Below are positions 9,833 to 21,077 of a stretch of 64,000 bases of DNA, one piece after another (the first letter of the stretch is position 1; every line of letters begins with the position of its first letter). Under the pieces are notes generated by a model that saw only the letters and a program-made list of their open reading frames with translations, was not told where the DNA came from and searched no databases. The position numbers and the translations under genes were made by a program. The DNA lies in the IMG/VR virus record IMGVR_UViG_3300003962_000006, positions 48,181 through 112,180 of that record. One strand, given 5' to 3'. This stretch comes from a virus. Taxonomy: Duplodnaviria > Caudoviricetes.

Positions 9833-11121
9833 AAATAAAAATTAGTGAAATTAAAGGGTTGTTAAAGTCCGGGAAGAAAGTTAAAGTTAAATCTATTAAC
9901 GGAGAGTTTGTTGATGTTGTTAATTATTTCGAAAAAGGGATGCTCCCGACGTTTTTAATAAAATTAGAAAATGGGAATGAAATAAAAACCTCTTTGGAAC
10001 ATCGTTGTTTTTCTAAATCGGGCTGGATGAAAACTCGTGATTTAATTCCAGAAGAAACATCACTTCTTTGTGAAAATGGTGAATTTTCTTTGGTTAAATC
10101 TATCGTTGGACTAGGACAGCACAAAATAGTAGACATTGAAGTTAATCATCTCGAGCACGCTTATTTCGGTAACGGAATTCTAAACCACAATTCAGGTAAA
10201 TCCTATTTTGCTGCCCAAATTGCCGCGAACGCCCAAAAAAAGGGAATTAAGGTCATCTATTTTGATAGTGAAGCGTCAATTGATCGAGAATTTTGGGTTA
10301 ATTCAGGAGTAGACCTTGACGAAATTCTGTATCTTCAAGCAACAAGCGTCGAATTTGTTCTTGAGACCATAGAGACGCTCCTCACGACCGATGACCAGTA
10401 TCTTTTCATTTTGGACAGTCTTGCGATGACACCGACAAGAAAAGAGGAAGAGTCTTCTCAAGACTTCAACCCTCTTTCCTCTATGGCTGAAAAAGCAAGA
10501 ATTCTCTCTAAAGGTGTTCCAAAAATTATAACTCCTCTTATCAATAAGAAGGGAACATTTTTGGTTCTTAACCAATTGAAGACAAACATTGCTCGAACTC
10601 CCGCGGAGCAATTAACAACACCTTGGACAACACCAGGAGGAAAGACGCTAAACTATGCTTATTCTCTTCGCATCTGGCTCACCAAGCGAAAAGCGAAGGA
10701 TAGTTTCATTCTTGATGAGCACGAATACAAAATTGGGTCGGAGGTTAAAGCGAAACTTGAAAAATCCCGCTTTGGAACCGAAGGCCGCGAGTGCACCTTT
10801 AAAATCATCTGGGGCGATCAAAAGAACATAGGCGTGCAGAATGCGGAAAGCATTTTTCAAGCGATTAAAGGTTCTCCTAGGCTCTCTGGTGGGGCTGCTG
10901 GACGATGGACGGTTGTTGATGATAAAGGCAACGAGGTCAAATTCATGACGAGTGAATGGAATGATTTGTATAAAAACGATAAAAAGTTTAAAGCAATCAT
11001 CAATTCCATTCTTGAAGAAGAAGTCATCCAGAAATTCGAAACAAGAAGCGCAAAAGCCTCAACATTTTATGATGTTGACGGAGAAGGTGAAAAGAAGCTG
11101 GAAGAAGATTTTCTTGAATAA
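9829..11121 (+). CDS. recA: split-intein C-part (9829-10191, 121 aa) fused to RecA/UvsX C-fragment
   Basis: Block B 'TSLEH', block F 'IVDIEV', block G 'GILNHN|S'; then SGKS, 'YFDSE', 'ILDSLA', 'NQL', 'TPGG'. Confidence 0.9.
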   Translation: MKIKISEIKGLLKSGKKVKVKSINGEFVDVVNYFEKGMLPTFLIKLENGNEIKTSLEHRCFSKSGWMKTRDLIPEETSLLCENGEFSLVKSIVGLGQHKIVDIEVNHLEHAYFGNGILNHNSGKSYFAAQIAANAQKKGIKVIYFDSEASIDREFWVNSGVDLDEILYLQATSVEFVLETIETLLTTDDQYLFILDSLAMTPTRKEEESSQDFNPLSSMAEKARILSKGVPKIITPLINKKGTFLVLNQLKTNIARTPAEQLTTPWTTPGGKTLNYAYSLRIWLTKRKAKDSFILDEHEYKIGSEVKAKLEKSRFGTEGRECTFKIIWGDQKNIGVQNAESIFQAIKGSPRLSGGAAGRWTVVDDKGNEVKFMTSEWNDLYKNDKKFKAIINSILEEEVIQKFETRSAKASTFYDVDGEGEKKLEEDFLE

Positions 11122-11154
11122 TTTTGGTTGCTCTTTCCGCCATTCGGCGATAAA

Positions 11155-12003
11155 ATGTCTCAAATGAAGGCAAAACTTGGGAGATACTACGATGATTTTA
11201 TAATCATGAAGTATTCTAGCGAAACTTTTATTTGTTATAATAAGGGCGGAGGTAAGAGTTTATTTATTTTTATACCTCCAAAATCATTTATAGCTTATCT
11301 TTCCTTTTCAGGAAAAGCTTTTGACTTCATTAAAGTTGCTCAAATTTTTAAAGTTTGCTTATGAAATTTTATAGATATAAAACTTTCGGCAATTGGTATT
11401 GCTTTGATTTTATAACATTTTCTCCCAAATACCGAGAATTGTTTAAATTTTGTGAAGGTTATAGAGAATTAGTATTTATTTCAACTCCAAATTATCATGC
11501 GAAAGCAACTTTTTTTAACGGCAGGGTTAAAAGAATTTGTGATTTCCATAAAGCTGTTTCTTTATTTAAGGTTTCAAAATGAAATGTGTAATTTACCGGT
11601 GTATGGCTAAATGTTTTGTGGTTAGATTTTTATCTCTTATTGATTTAGACGGAACGTTTGAAATTTATTATGCTAGTCCGGAACATTTTTATAGCTTTGC
11701 GAAAAAATATAATTTTAATTGTTATGACTTTAAAAAAATTGTTTCTTTATTTAAGGTTTCAAAATGAAATGTTTTATGACTTCGTACAAACCAAGAAATA
11801 GAATAAGAAGATGCTATTTCCGTTTTTTAGTTTTTTTGAAAAAAAATTCAATTTTTCATTTCGGGTATAATTCTATCTATTTGTATAATAACGGAGCATT
11901 CCAAGCAAATAAATCATTTCAAAAATCAAGAAATAGAAAATTGAGAAGTTATGATCTCCATAAAATTGTTTCCTTATTTAAGACTTGCGAGAGGAGAAAA
12001 TGA
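11155..12003 (+). other. cluster of 4 small ORFs of the C-terminal IKLFKxL family
   Basis: Ends AQIFKVCL, VSLFKVSK (x2), VSLFKTCERRK; ATGA overlaps. Confidence 0.7.
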
Positions 12004-12962
12004 AAAGAATTTTAATTATTGATGCTTTAAATTGTTTCTCCAGAGCCTACGCAATTTCTCCTGCGGTTTCGCCAGGTGGCGAGTTCATCGGGGGAATTAT
12101 CGGATTTTTAAAAATTCTTCAAAAAAGCATAAAACATACAAATCCAGACATGATAATTGTCTGTTGGGATAGCCAATCCAAAAGAAAAAAGAATTATGAT
12201 AAAAATTACAAAGAAAATCGTTCAAAAAGGTTTTCTAAACTTAACCGAAACATAGACTTTTTGAGCGAAGACCAAAGAAGAGAAAATTACAATTATCAAC
12301 GAAGCCGCCTGGTCGAGTATTTCAACAACCTCCCAATTATTCAATTTTGGTTTCAAGACATTGAGGCAGATGAAATTATTGGGTTCTTATGTCGTTCTCC
12401 TTATCTTGCTGGAGACCAAAAAATTATCGTTTCTGGTGATAAAGACTTCTTCCAACTCTGCGATAAAGAAACGATAATTTACAACTCCGGAGAAAGCAAG
12501 TTTAGAACAATAAAAACAATTATTCAAGATTATGAAATTCATCCAAAGAATTTTGCTCTCGCTAAATCAATTTGTGGCGACCCGAGCGATAATCTTAAAG
12601 GTGTTGGAGGAGTTGGATTTAAGACACTCATAAAACACTTTCCGTTTCTTAAAGAAGATTACGATTATACCATTCAAGACATTTTGGAAGAAGCCTCCAA
12701 GAAAATGTTGGAGAGCAACCTTAAGGTTTTTAAATCCATTGTTGAAAATGAAAAAGCAATCCATTCGAATTATAGAATAATTCAACTGTATTCCGTCATT
12801 CTTCCTTCGGAAAATGCGGAAACCATAAAAGAAACTCTTTCAGGTTTTAATCCAATCTTTCTAAAAACAGACTTTCTCAAAATGCTTATGCATGACGGAC
12901 TTGATGGAACAAATTGGGACGAATTATTTTCTTCTTGTCGCCGCATCTGTTCTGGGTTATAG
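12000..12962 (+). CDS. 5'-3' exonuclease / flap endonuclease (T4 RNase H-like)
   Basis: 'LIIDALN', 'YKENR', 'EADE', 'SGDKDFFQL', 'GDPSDNLKGVGGVG.KT'. Confidence 0.9.
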   Translation: MKRILIIDALNCFSRAYAISPAVSPGGEFIGGIIGFLKILQKSIKHTNPDMIIVCWDSQSKRKKNYDKNYKENRSKRFSKLNRNIDFLSEDQRRENYNYQRSRLVEYFNNLPIIQFWFQDIEADEIIGFLCRSPYLAGDQKIIVSGDKDFFQLCDKETIIYNSGESKFRTIKTIIQDYEIHPKNFALAKSICGDPSDNLKGVGGVGFKTLIKHFPFLKEDYDYTIQDILEEASKKMLESNLKVFKSIVENEKAIHSNYRIIQLYSVILPSENAETIKETLSGFNPIFLKTDFLKMLMHDGLDGTNWDELFSSCRRICSGL

Positions 12963-13022
12963 TCATAATTACAAAAACATCTTCGGTGTTGAAAGGAGCA
13001 CCTCAAACAACTTTAAAAAATT

Positions 13023-15497
13023 ATGGAACAAAACAACAAAATAACATTTGAACAATTCGGACATTCTTTTCAAGAAAAATTGGTCGCATCTCTTATCAAA
13101 GAGAAAGAATTTGCTGACCGAATGATGGAAGTTCTCAATCCACAATACCTCGCAAGAGATTATCTTAAAGAGATTGTTTCCATCGTTTTTGATTATCACG
13201 GGAAGTATAAATCCTATCCATCTCTTGAAACGCTCTCGACCATCTTAAAAACAACCGAGGGCGGTGGCGAAGAGCGTCTTTTTTCAATAACTTTTGTTGA
13301 TAATGTTCGACAAGGCAAAGTTTCTCTTGAAGACATTGACTTTGTCAAGACCCAATCGCTTGATTTTTGCCGAAAACAAAAACTAAACGAGGCAATGCTT
13401 CGCTCCATTAAATTATTAAAAAATTGCTCTTTTGAAGAAATCAAAAAAGTTATTGATGATGCCGTTAAACTTGGCGCCGAAAGAGACTTTGGAACAGACT
13501 ATCATGACGATTTCGAAATGCGTTATACCTCTGGAGAAGCCCGTAAAACAATTCCGACAGGTTGGGAACACATCGACAGAATAACTCAAGGTGGCCTTGG
13601 AAGAAAAGAGATAGGTGTCGTTATGGCTCCGACAGGTTGTCATGCGAAGGGAACATCAATTCTCATGTTTGATGGGAAATTGAAAAATGTTGAAAATGTT
13701 AAGGTTGGTGATAGGCTGATGGGCCCAGATTCTCAACCTAGAGAAGTTCTGCGATTAATTCAAGGAAGAGAGCAAATGTATAAAATTACACCGCATCGAG
13801 GTGGAGAACCATTCATTGTTAATGAAAATCACATTTTGTCTCTTAAAAGAACTAATGATGGCGTCAAAAGCAAACAATTTATAGAAATTTCCGTAAAAGA
13901 TTATCTATTAAAAAGTAAAACATTTAAACATGTTTATAAACTTCACAGAGCCGGTGTTGAGTTCGCCGAGACCGATAAGAAATTGCCTATTGCCCCATAC
14001 ATGCTTGGTCTTATCTTAGGAGACGGTCATCTTGCGACTTCGAGACATGTAGGTATAACTTCTTGTGACAAAGAAATTAAAGATTATGTTGTCAACTATG
14101 TTCAACAAAGGGAAAACAAACTAACATTAAAAAGTTATTCTAAAAAAACAAATGAAAACATTTTTGACATGAGAATTTGTAGAAACCAGAAGAAGCAAAA
14201 ATGGAAACGAGAACCAAGTTTCTTATTTAAAAGAATAATGACATTAGGACTCGAAAGAACGAGGTCGGGAAACAAGTTTGTTCCTGATGTTTATAAAACA
14301 TCTTCGAGAAAAAATAGGCTGGAAATGCTTGCTGGTTTGATTGACACCGATAGTCATCTTAGTAAAGGAGGTTGTTTTGAGTTTTGCTCTAAATCTAAGC
14401 AACTTGCTGATGATTTTGATTTTCTGGCGCGCAGTCTTGGTTTTACTTCTTCGCAAAGGTCCAAAATTGTTAATAAAACAACTTACTATGTTTGTGTTTT
14501 GAGCGGGGATTTATCTTTGATTCCAACAAAAATTGCTCGCAAGAAAGGCGACATTAGGAGACAAAAGAAAAATCATTTAGTTTCTGGATTTACAGTAGAA
14601 GAAGTAGGAGTTGATGATTTTTATGGCTTCACTATCGATAAAGATCACCTGTATCTTACCGGTGATTTTACAGTTCATCACAATTGTGGCAAATCGTTTA
14701 CGCTGACAAACATGGCTTCTCACGCGATCAAGCAAGGCTTTAATGTTATGTTCTTTTCTCTTGAATTGAGCGAAAACATTATTCACAAGCGCGTTGATTC
14801 ACGATTAACTGAAATTGAAATTGACGAACTTGATAATAATAAAGACAAGGTTCGGGAAGTTGAAAAAGCAATTCCCGGGACACTTAAGGTTAAGTGGTTT
14901 CCAAAGAAATCCGCTTCGGTTGATAGATTGCGAATGTTCCTTGATAAAATGAAGGAAACATCAGGGTTTGTTCCTGATGTCATCATGGTTGATTATGCGG
15001 ACATTATGAAGCCCGCTTTCAACAATCCGGAGAAACGGCATGGAATTGAAGGGATTTATGAAGACTTGGAAGCAATGGCGCAAGAACTTGATTGTGCTCT
15101 TTGGACGTGCTCTCAAACAAATCGTGGAGGAACCCAAAAAGAATTCGTGGAACTCGACTCAACCTCCGAGGCCTTTGCAAAATGTTTCGGAGCCTATCTT
15201 ATCCTGACGCTTCAACGGTCTCCCGAAGACAAGGTCGCGAATACAGGAAAGATGTTTGTCGCCAAGAACCGAAATGGTCCGGACGGGTTGTTATTCTCGT
15301 GCTTTATCGATACAGGAAAAGGAAGAATTGATGTCCTCCGACAAATCATCAAAAATGATGGAGGCATAACCAACCCGAGCGGCTCCGGAACGCCTTTTAA
15401 TGGAGATGAAAAATCTTTGGAGGTCTTGTTGGGGCAGAACAAAATAAATCTTGGCAGTTTCTTGGGCGGAAATAAAATGAAAAAGGTTGCGGAATAG
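13023..15497 (+). CDS. dnaB: replicative DNA helicase (DnaB/gp41-like) containing an intein
   Basis: Walker A APTG|CGKS split by intein; 'FSLEL', 'VDYAD', 'SQTNR', 'KNRNG'. Confidence 0.9.
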   Translation: MEQNNKITFEQFGHSFQEKLVASLIKEKEFADRMMEVLNPQYLARDYLKEIVSIVFDYHGKYKSYPSLETLSTILKTTEGGGEERLFSITFVDNVRQGKVSLEDIDFVKTQSLDFCRKQKLNEAMLRSIKLLKNCSFEEIKKVIDDAVKLGAERDFGTDYHDDFEMRYTSGEARKTIPTGWEHIDRITQGGLGRKEIGVVMAPTGCHAKGTSILMFDGKLKNVENVKVGDRLMGPDSQPREVLRLIQGREQMYKITPHRGGEPFIVNENHILSLKRTNDGVKSKQFIEISVKDYLLKSKTFKHVYKLHRAGVEFAETDKKLPIAPYMLGLILGDGHLATSRHVGITSCDKEIKDYVVNYVQQRENKLTLKSYSKKTNENIFDMRICRNQKKQKWKREPSFLFKRIMTLGLERTRSGNKFVPDVYKTSSRKNRLEMLAGLIDTDSHLSKGGCFEFCSKSKQLADDFDFLARSLGFTSSQRSKIVNKTTYYVCVLSGDLSLIPTKIARKKGDIRRQKKNHLVSGFTVEEVGVDDFYGFTIDKDHLYLTGDFTVHHNCGKSFTLTNMASHAIKQGFNVMFFSLELSENIIHKRVDSRLTEIEIDELDNNKDKVREVEKAIPGTLKVKWFPKKSASVDRLRMFLDKMKETSGFVPDVIMVDYADIMKPAFNNPEKRHGIEGIYEDLEAMAQELDCALWTCSQTNRGGTQKEFVELDSTSEAFAKCFGAYLILTLQRSPEDKVANTGKMFVAKNRNGPDGLLFSCFIDTGKGRIDVLRQIIKNDGGITNPSGSGTPFNGDEKSLEVLLGQNKINLGSFLGGNKMKKVAE
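13638..14684 (+). mobile_element. cis intein with LAGLIDADG endonuclease (349 aa)
   Basis: Starts CHAKGT, ends VHHN|C; 'LGLILGDG' and 'LAGLIDTDS'. Confidence 0.9.
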
Positions 15498-15498
15498 C

Positions 15499-15528
15499 TT
15501 GACAAGACTGGGCGAGTTTTGGTAGGGT
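15499..15528 (+). promoter_or_regulatory. sigma70-type promoter upstream of a small-ORF cluster
   Basis: TTGACA-18nt-TAGGGT. Confidence 0.45.
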
Positions 15529-15534
15529 TTGTGA

Positions 15535-16807
15535 ATGTTTATGAAACGCCGGTCGGGCTTTACGCATTACCCTTTTGATGGCGAGATAGTAATTCAACAT
15601 TTAGTCTGCGAGACTTATTATTGCACATGGGCACAAAGTGTAGAATACTTTATTTGTTCTTATGAAAGATTTTTGTTCTTTGATGAGAACATTAAAGATA
15701 AGTTTTATTCAAAAAACTTGATAAGTTTATTTAAAACATTATGAAATCTCGTTCAACAAGATTAATGGCGTTCGGTGCGGGCGTTATCGTTCAAGCGGAG
15801 TGGTTTTATCGTTATAGAATAAGCAATCCTTTATTATACATTATCTGTGGCACGGAGAGACATTATCAAAGTTATTATTATCTCTCCCAGTACCAAATTA
15901 TTTTATTTAAAGCATTATGAAAATTATAAATTATTGCGATGGAACTTTAAAGTTATCTTATTTATTTGAAAAATTTCCAAATGAAAAAGATTTTCAATTT
16001 GAGACTTTTGAAAAAGAGCATTTTATAGCTTATTTTCCTTATGCATTATCTTTTGAATTTGTTTCAAAGAAAAAAATTGAAATAAAAAACATTAAATTGT
16101 TTAAAACACTATGAAAAAAGTTATAGCATTCTTATGTTACCCTCATTCTTTCACTTCTCGAACCGTCGACGAATGCGAAATAAACATAAAAATGTTTGAT
16201 TGGTTTGTAGGTGGTATAGATGATAATTATTTTGATTTTGGAATAGATGACCTTGCCGTATTTGAGATTAAATCAAGAAAAAGAAACGGTTTTTTCTTTT
16301 TCTTGAATAAAGAAAGTGTAAAAATCTTTAAGCAATTATGAAAAAAGTTATAAAATTTTTATGTTTCCCGCGGACGGCGGAACCAAACGGCATATGTGAA
16401 ATAAACATAAAGACATTTAATTGGTTTATAGGTGGTTACCAAGAAAATTATCTTAATAGCGAATTACATTATCTCGATCTTTTTAGGATTAAATCAAAAA
16501 AAAGAAAGTGTTTCGGTGTTCTCTTGAATAAAAAAGATGTCAAAATCTTCAAACAATTATGAAAAATATTATAACATTTTTATGTTTTCGTTGGCAAGGA
16601 GAAATTAAAGTTAATTCTTGCGTTGTTGATTTAAAGATGTTCTGCCATAATAGAGCCATTAATCCTCGCTTTCACGATTGTATTTTTGATTGCCGGTCGG
16701 GTCCTATTGCTTTTTTTGGAATCAATGGACGTAATGCGAAAATGCAAGATTATTGTTATCTCGTTTCGCTCAAAGAAATCCAAATTTTCAAGCAACTTCA
16801 AACCTGA
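15535..16807 (+). other. cluster of 6 IKLFKxL-family small ORFs (includes untracked 15741-15920)
   Basis: Ends ISLFKTL, IILFKAL, IKLFKTL, VKIFKQL (x2), IQIFKQLQT; 16111 and 16338 are clear paralogs. Confidence 0.75.
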
Positions 16808-16917
16808 AATTCATTTCGGTTGAAAATTAATTCGTTCCGTTGTATCCTTGCGTCAAGTTTTGGGTTTGAGAGACTAAATAATCTTTACATAAAACTCAAC
16901 AAAACGGAGAAAGGAAC

Positions 16918-19845
16918 ATGACAAAAACTCTTGATGCTTCACAAAAAATTCTATCGGACATTATCATCTTTATGAAGTACGCCAAGCATCTTCCACATCT
17001 CAATCGAAGAGAAAATTGGGAAGAACTTATCGATAGAAACAAAGGTATGCACCTTAAGAAATTTCCGGAACACCAAAAAGAAATAGAAGATGCTTACAAA
17101 TTTGTTTATGATAAAAAAATTCTCCCCTCGATGAGAATGCTTCAATTTTCAGGAAAGCCAATCGAGATAAACAATACTCGCGGTTATAATTGTTGCTTCT
17201 TGCCTGTCGATGACTGGCGAGCGTTTTCGGAGATTATGTTTCTTCTTCTTGGTGGAACCGGCGTAGGTTTTTCGGTTCAATCTCACGACATTGAAAAGTT
17301 GCCTGAAATAAATAAACCAAACCCAAATCACAAAAGAAGATACCTCGTCGGGGATAGCATCGAAGGTTGGGCAGACGCTGTCAAAGTTCTTATGAAATCT
17401 TATTTTTTTGGTGGCTCAACCATTAATTTTGATTTTAACGACATTCGTCAAAAAGGCGCTCGTCTTCTAACCTCCGGAGGAAAGGCTCCCGGACCAGATC
17501 CGCTAAAAATGTGCCTTCTTCGAATAACATCTATTCTTGATGCTAAACAAAATGGAGATAAACTTTCTTCTTTGGAAGTCCACGACATTATTTGCTTCAT
17601 TGCTGATGCGGTTCTTGCTGGAGGCATTCGCCGAGCGGCGCTCATTTCGCTCTTTTCTGCGGATGACGAAAAGATGCTTTCCGCGAAGACGGGAAATTGG
17701 TGGGAATTAAATCCGCAACGTGGAAGAGCAAATAATTCCGCAGTTCTCTTAAGACATAAGATTACAAAAGATTTCTTTATGAATTTGTGGAAGACAATTG
17801 AGTTTTCTAACGCGGGCGAGCCGGGGTTCTTCTTTTTAAATGAAAAAGAACATGGGACAAACCCCTCTTTGAGAAAAGGGACAAAAGTTATGACCTCAAC
17901 AGGTATTTTTCCTATTGAAGATCTGGAAGGAAAAGAATTCATCGTTAAAAATTTAAATGGGGAAGAAAGCAAAGCAAAATGCTTCTTGTCAGGAAAAAAC
18001 AAGACTTTATACAAAATAACTCTTGCGAGTGGTTTTTCTTATTTCTCAACAGCAGAGCATAAGTGGCCCGTTTTGGATGAAAAAAGTGGAAACTTTGTTA
18101 AGGTTGAAACTACGGAATTGAAAGTTGGTGATAGATTTCCAATTCTCAAACAAAAGAAATTATTTGATGGAAAAATTGGAGATTATGAAGACGGATTTTT
18201 TGCTGGATGGCTCACTGGTGATGGTTGGATTACGATACGAGGGGATAATGGAGCAATTCAGCATGGGATGGTTGTTTCCGATAAAGATGCTCTTTCTGGA
18301 ATAGATAAAAAATTAGAAAATTACCTTACGTCTAAAGGAAGCAACGCGAAGTTTCAACAGAGAGATAATGGGACAAAAGAGGTTAATACCCAATCAAGAT
18401 CTTTGAATGAAAATACTGATAAACTTGGTATTAAAAATAAAAAAGAAGGCATCCCAACAATTATTTGGAATAAAGCCACCGAAGATTTTCGTAAAGGTTT
18501 TATTGATGGGTTGTATAGTTCTGACGGCTCTGTCGAGAAAAAGACAAAAAATTCAAACGGGAGAATTTGTCTTTCATCGGCTCATAAAAAACTGCTTGAA
18601 GATGTCGGAGAGATGTTAGGCTTCTATGGAATAAAAACAACTATTCATTCAAGAAAAACATTATTGAATGGAAAATACTTTGATTATCATCATTTAAGAA
18701 TAAGTGATAATGCGTCTAAAAAACATTTTAGAGATACTTTTAAATTAACACACAAAGATAAACAACAAAGAATTGATGAAATGGTTTTTAGAGAGAAATA
18801 CAAAAACTCCAATACCATCAAAATTAAAAGTATAGAAAAAACAGAAATTAAAGAAGATGTTTGGGACATTTCCGTTTTTGATAAAACACATTGTTTCCAG
18901 ATTTCACACTGCATAACTGGAAATTGTGGCGAAATTCTTTTAAAACCTTTCCAATTCTGCAACCTTGTCGAAATTAACGCAAGCGACCTTGAAAGTCAGC
19001 AAGACTTCGAAAACCGCGTCAGAGCTGCAACAATCCTCGGAACGCTTCAAGCAAGCTATACGGACTTTCACTACCTCCGTCCAATTTGGAGAAAGACAAC
19101 CGAGAAAGAGGCTCTTATTGGCATCGGCATGACCGGCATCGCATCTGGAAAAGTTCTCGAATTGGACATGACCAAAGCTTCCAAGATTGCTCTTCAAGAA
19201 AACGAAAGATTTGCGAAACTCTTGGGAATAAACAAGGCAGCGAGATTGACTTGTGTCAAGCCTGCTGGAACCACTTCTTGCGTTCTCGGAACCTCGTCCG
19301 GGATACACGCCTGGCATGCGAAGTTCTATCTTCGTCGAATGAGGGTTGGCAAGAACGAAGCAATTTATTCTTATCTCTTAAAGAACCATCCTGAAATCTT
19401 GGAAGATGATTATTTTCGCCCCCACGACACAGCCATCATAGCGTTGCCTCAAAGGGCCCCAGAAGGGGCTATAACGCGCGATGAGAGCGCCCTTGACCTT
19501 CTGGCTAGGGTCAAGAAAGTCTCGCTAGAATGGGTCATTCCGGGGTCGAGGCCAAGCAAAGGCAACCATAATGTCTCCGCAACCATAACGATTGACAAAG
19601 GTGAATGGGAAGAGGTTGGGGAATGGATGTGGAACAATAAAGAAACTTATTCGGGGCTATCGGTCCTTCCAAAGGATTACGGGAGTTACGTTCAGCCGCC
19701 TTTTGAAGACATAACCGAAGAGAAGTATCACGAACTTTTCGCAAGGTTGCATGAGGTTAATTTGGATAATGTGGTTGAAATTGAAGATGAAACCGATTTG
19801 AAGGGCGAGGTTGCTTGCGCAGGAGGCGCTTGTGAAATAAAGTAA
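16918..19845 (+). CDS. nrdJ: class II (B12-dependent) ribonucleotide reductase containing an intein
   Basis: 'YNC', 'GTGVGFSV', 'GGIRRAA', TNP|CGE, 'VKPAGT', C-terminal 'CAGGAC'. Confidence 0.9.
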   Translation: MTKTLDASQKILSDIIIFMKYAKHLPHLNRRENWEELIDRNKGMHLKKFPEHQKEIEDAYKFVYDKKILPSMRMLQFSGKPIEINNTRGYNCCFLPVDDWRAFSEIMFLLLGGTGVGFSVQSHDIEKLPEINKPNPNHKRRYLVGDSIEGWADAVKVLMKSYFFGGSTINFDFNDIRQKGARLLTSGGKAPGPDPLKMCLLRITSILDAKQNGDKLSSLEVHDIICFIADAVLAGGIRRAALISLFSADDEKMLSAKTGNWWELNPQRGRANNSAVLLRHKITKDFFMNLWKTIEFSNAGEPGFFFLNEKEHGTNPSLRKGTKVMTSTGIFPIEDLEGKEFIVKNLNGEESKAKCFLSGKNKTLYKITLASGFSYFSTAEHKWPVLDEKSGNFVKVETTELKVGDRFPILKQKKLFDGKIGDYEDGFFAGWLTGDGWITIRGDNGAIQHGMVVSDKDALSGIDKKLENYLTSKGSNAKFQQRDNGTKEVNTQSRSLNENTDKLGIKNKKEGIPTIIWNKATEDFRKGFIDGLYSSDGSVEKKTKNSNGRICLSSAHKKLLEDVGEMLGFYGIKTTIHSRKTLLNGKYFDYHHLRISDNASKKHFRDTFKLTHKDKQQRIDEMVFREKYKNSNTIKIKSIEKTEIKEDVWDISVFDKTHCFQISHCITGNCGEILLKPFQFCNLVEINASDLESQQDFENRVRAATILGTLQASYTDFHYLRPIWRKTTEKEALIGIGMTGIASGKVLELDMTKASKIALQENERFAKLLGINKAARLTCVKPAGTTSCVLGTSSGIHAWHAKFYLRRMRVGKNEAIYSYLLKNHPEILEDDYFRPHDTAIIALPQRAPEGAITRDESALDLLARVKKVSLEWVIPGSRPSKGNHNVSATITIDKGEWEEVGEWMWNNKETYSGLSVLPKDYGSYVQPPFEDITEEKYHELFARLHEVNLDNVVEIEDETDLKGEVACAGGACEIK
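17866..18924 (+). mobile_element. cis intein with LAGLIDADG endonuclease (353 aa, Ser1, ends TGN)
   Basis: Inserted between TNP and the catalytic CGE; 'STAEH', 'GWLTGDG', 'GFIDGLYSSDG'. Confidence 0.88.
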
Positions 19846-19964
19846 ATCTTGCTTGACTTCTGTTAAGGCTCCAGGCATCATCGAACCAAGATGATGTTTC
19901 CGCTTTATCTTCTTTTCTTTGAGGTCATGATTGTCTTGATTATGATTTCAATTTCTTACATAAA

Positions 19965-21077
19965 ATGATTTTTAATAAAATTTACATTCACGAGGTTAGA
20001 TTAGAAAATCAATTTTATTTTCTTAATGTTTTATTAATAGACAATTATTTTTTGGCCTTTAATCATTCCATTTTTAGTTTAAAACCAATTGATAATGCTT
20101 CGCTGGTTAAAGATTTTAAAAAAATCATAAAAATTTATGAATGCCTTTAAAAAAATTAACATTTATTTACAATACACCTGGTATAGCGTTGCTATAAATA
20201 ATGCTATTTTTATTGATAATGCATTTTTAACTGGAGATCAATCTGTTATTGACTTTAGAGAAAAAAGCAAAAATAATTTTTCATCAACTTTCTTCAAAAG
20301 AGTTGTTAAAATTTATGGAGTTCTTTAATGAATAAAAGAATTTATAACATTTATACAGGGAACAAAGTTAAAACAGAACCTTTCAGTATTTTTACAATTG
20401 ATTTTCTTTTCCTGGAACAGGATTATTCAGTATTTAACAAATTTCTATACATAAAATCTTCATCTATGGATAAGTCTATCTACCGCGACAGAGATTTTAA
20501 AAATCTCATAAAGAGTTTTAAATGCGTATTTTAAGGATAATTGTTTGGATTTATCAAATTGGTTCAAGACAAAATTGTTTATCTTTTGATATCTTATTTA
20601 TTTATGGTAAATTAGGTATTTTTTCACAATTTAACTTAAAAGAATTAGGTTCAATAAAGCGATTAAAAAAAGTTATTAGACTGCATAAAACCTTATGAGC
20701 AATTGTAATAAATTTAACTTGTATCCTTGCTATGCAGCTATTTGTCGTTATTTTGAATTTAATGCTTTTTTTATTGATAAAGAATTTTTGATGAGGTCGG
20801 GAGGCCCTTTTGGAAGCACCGGGGACAACATTCAGCGTTTTTCTTCAAATTTTTTAAAAAAAATGGTTAGATTATATAAAACATTATGAATACTTACGAA
20901 AAACTAAAAATCTATCCACTCTCTTGTTGTTTTTATTATAAGTTTAATTCTATTTTTATTGATGTGTATTTTTTATCTGGCTCAAAAAAATTTTTCGGTT
21001 GGGCCCGCCCGCCGACGACAGCTTCAAATTCCTTTAAAAAATTGATTAAATCCTATTTAATTAAAGATGTTTTTTGA
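19965..21077 (+). other. cluster of 6 IKLFKxL-family small ORFs (includes untracked 20522-20698)
   Basis: Shared 'FID..FL...FKK.IK.Y'; ends IKIYECL, VKIYGVL, IKSFKCVF, IRLHKTL, VRLYKTL, IKSYLIKDVF. Confidence 0.7.

Noticed and set aside
15535-16807. Small ORFs as pieces of one polyprotein via TGA recoding or -1 frameshift
   Set aside because: Successive ORFs are in different frames, so readthrough would not join them. TTT-AAA usually places a TAA in the -1 frame just before the next ATG. Core genes are intact in the standard code.
17866-18924. NrdJ intein as class 3
   Set aside because: It has the block B Trp and block G Thr, but block F carries Asp rather than Cys and it starts with Ser, consistent with class 1.
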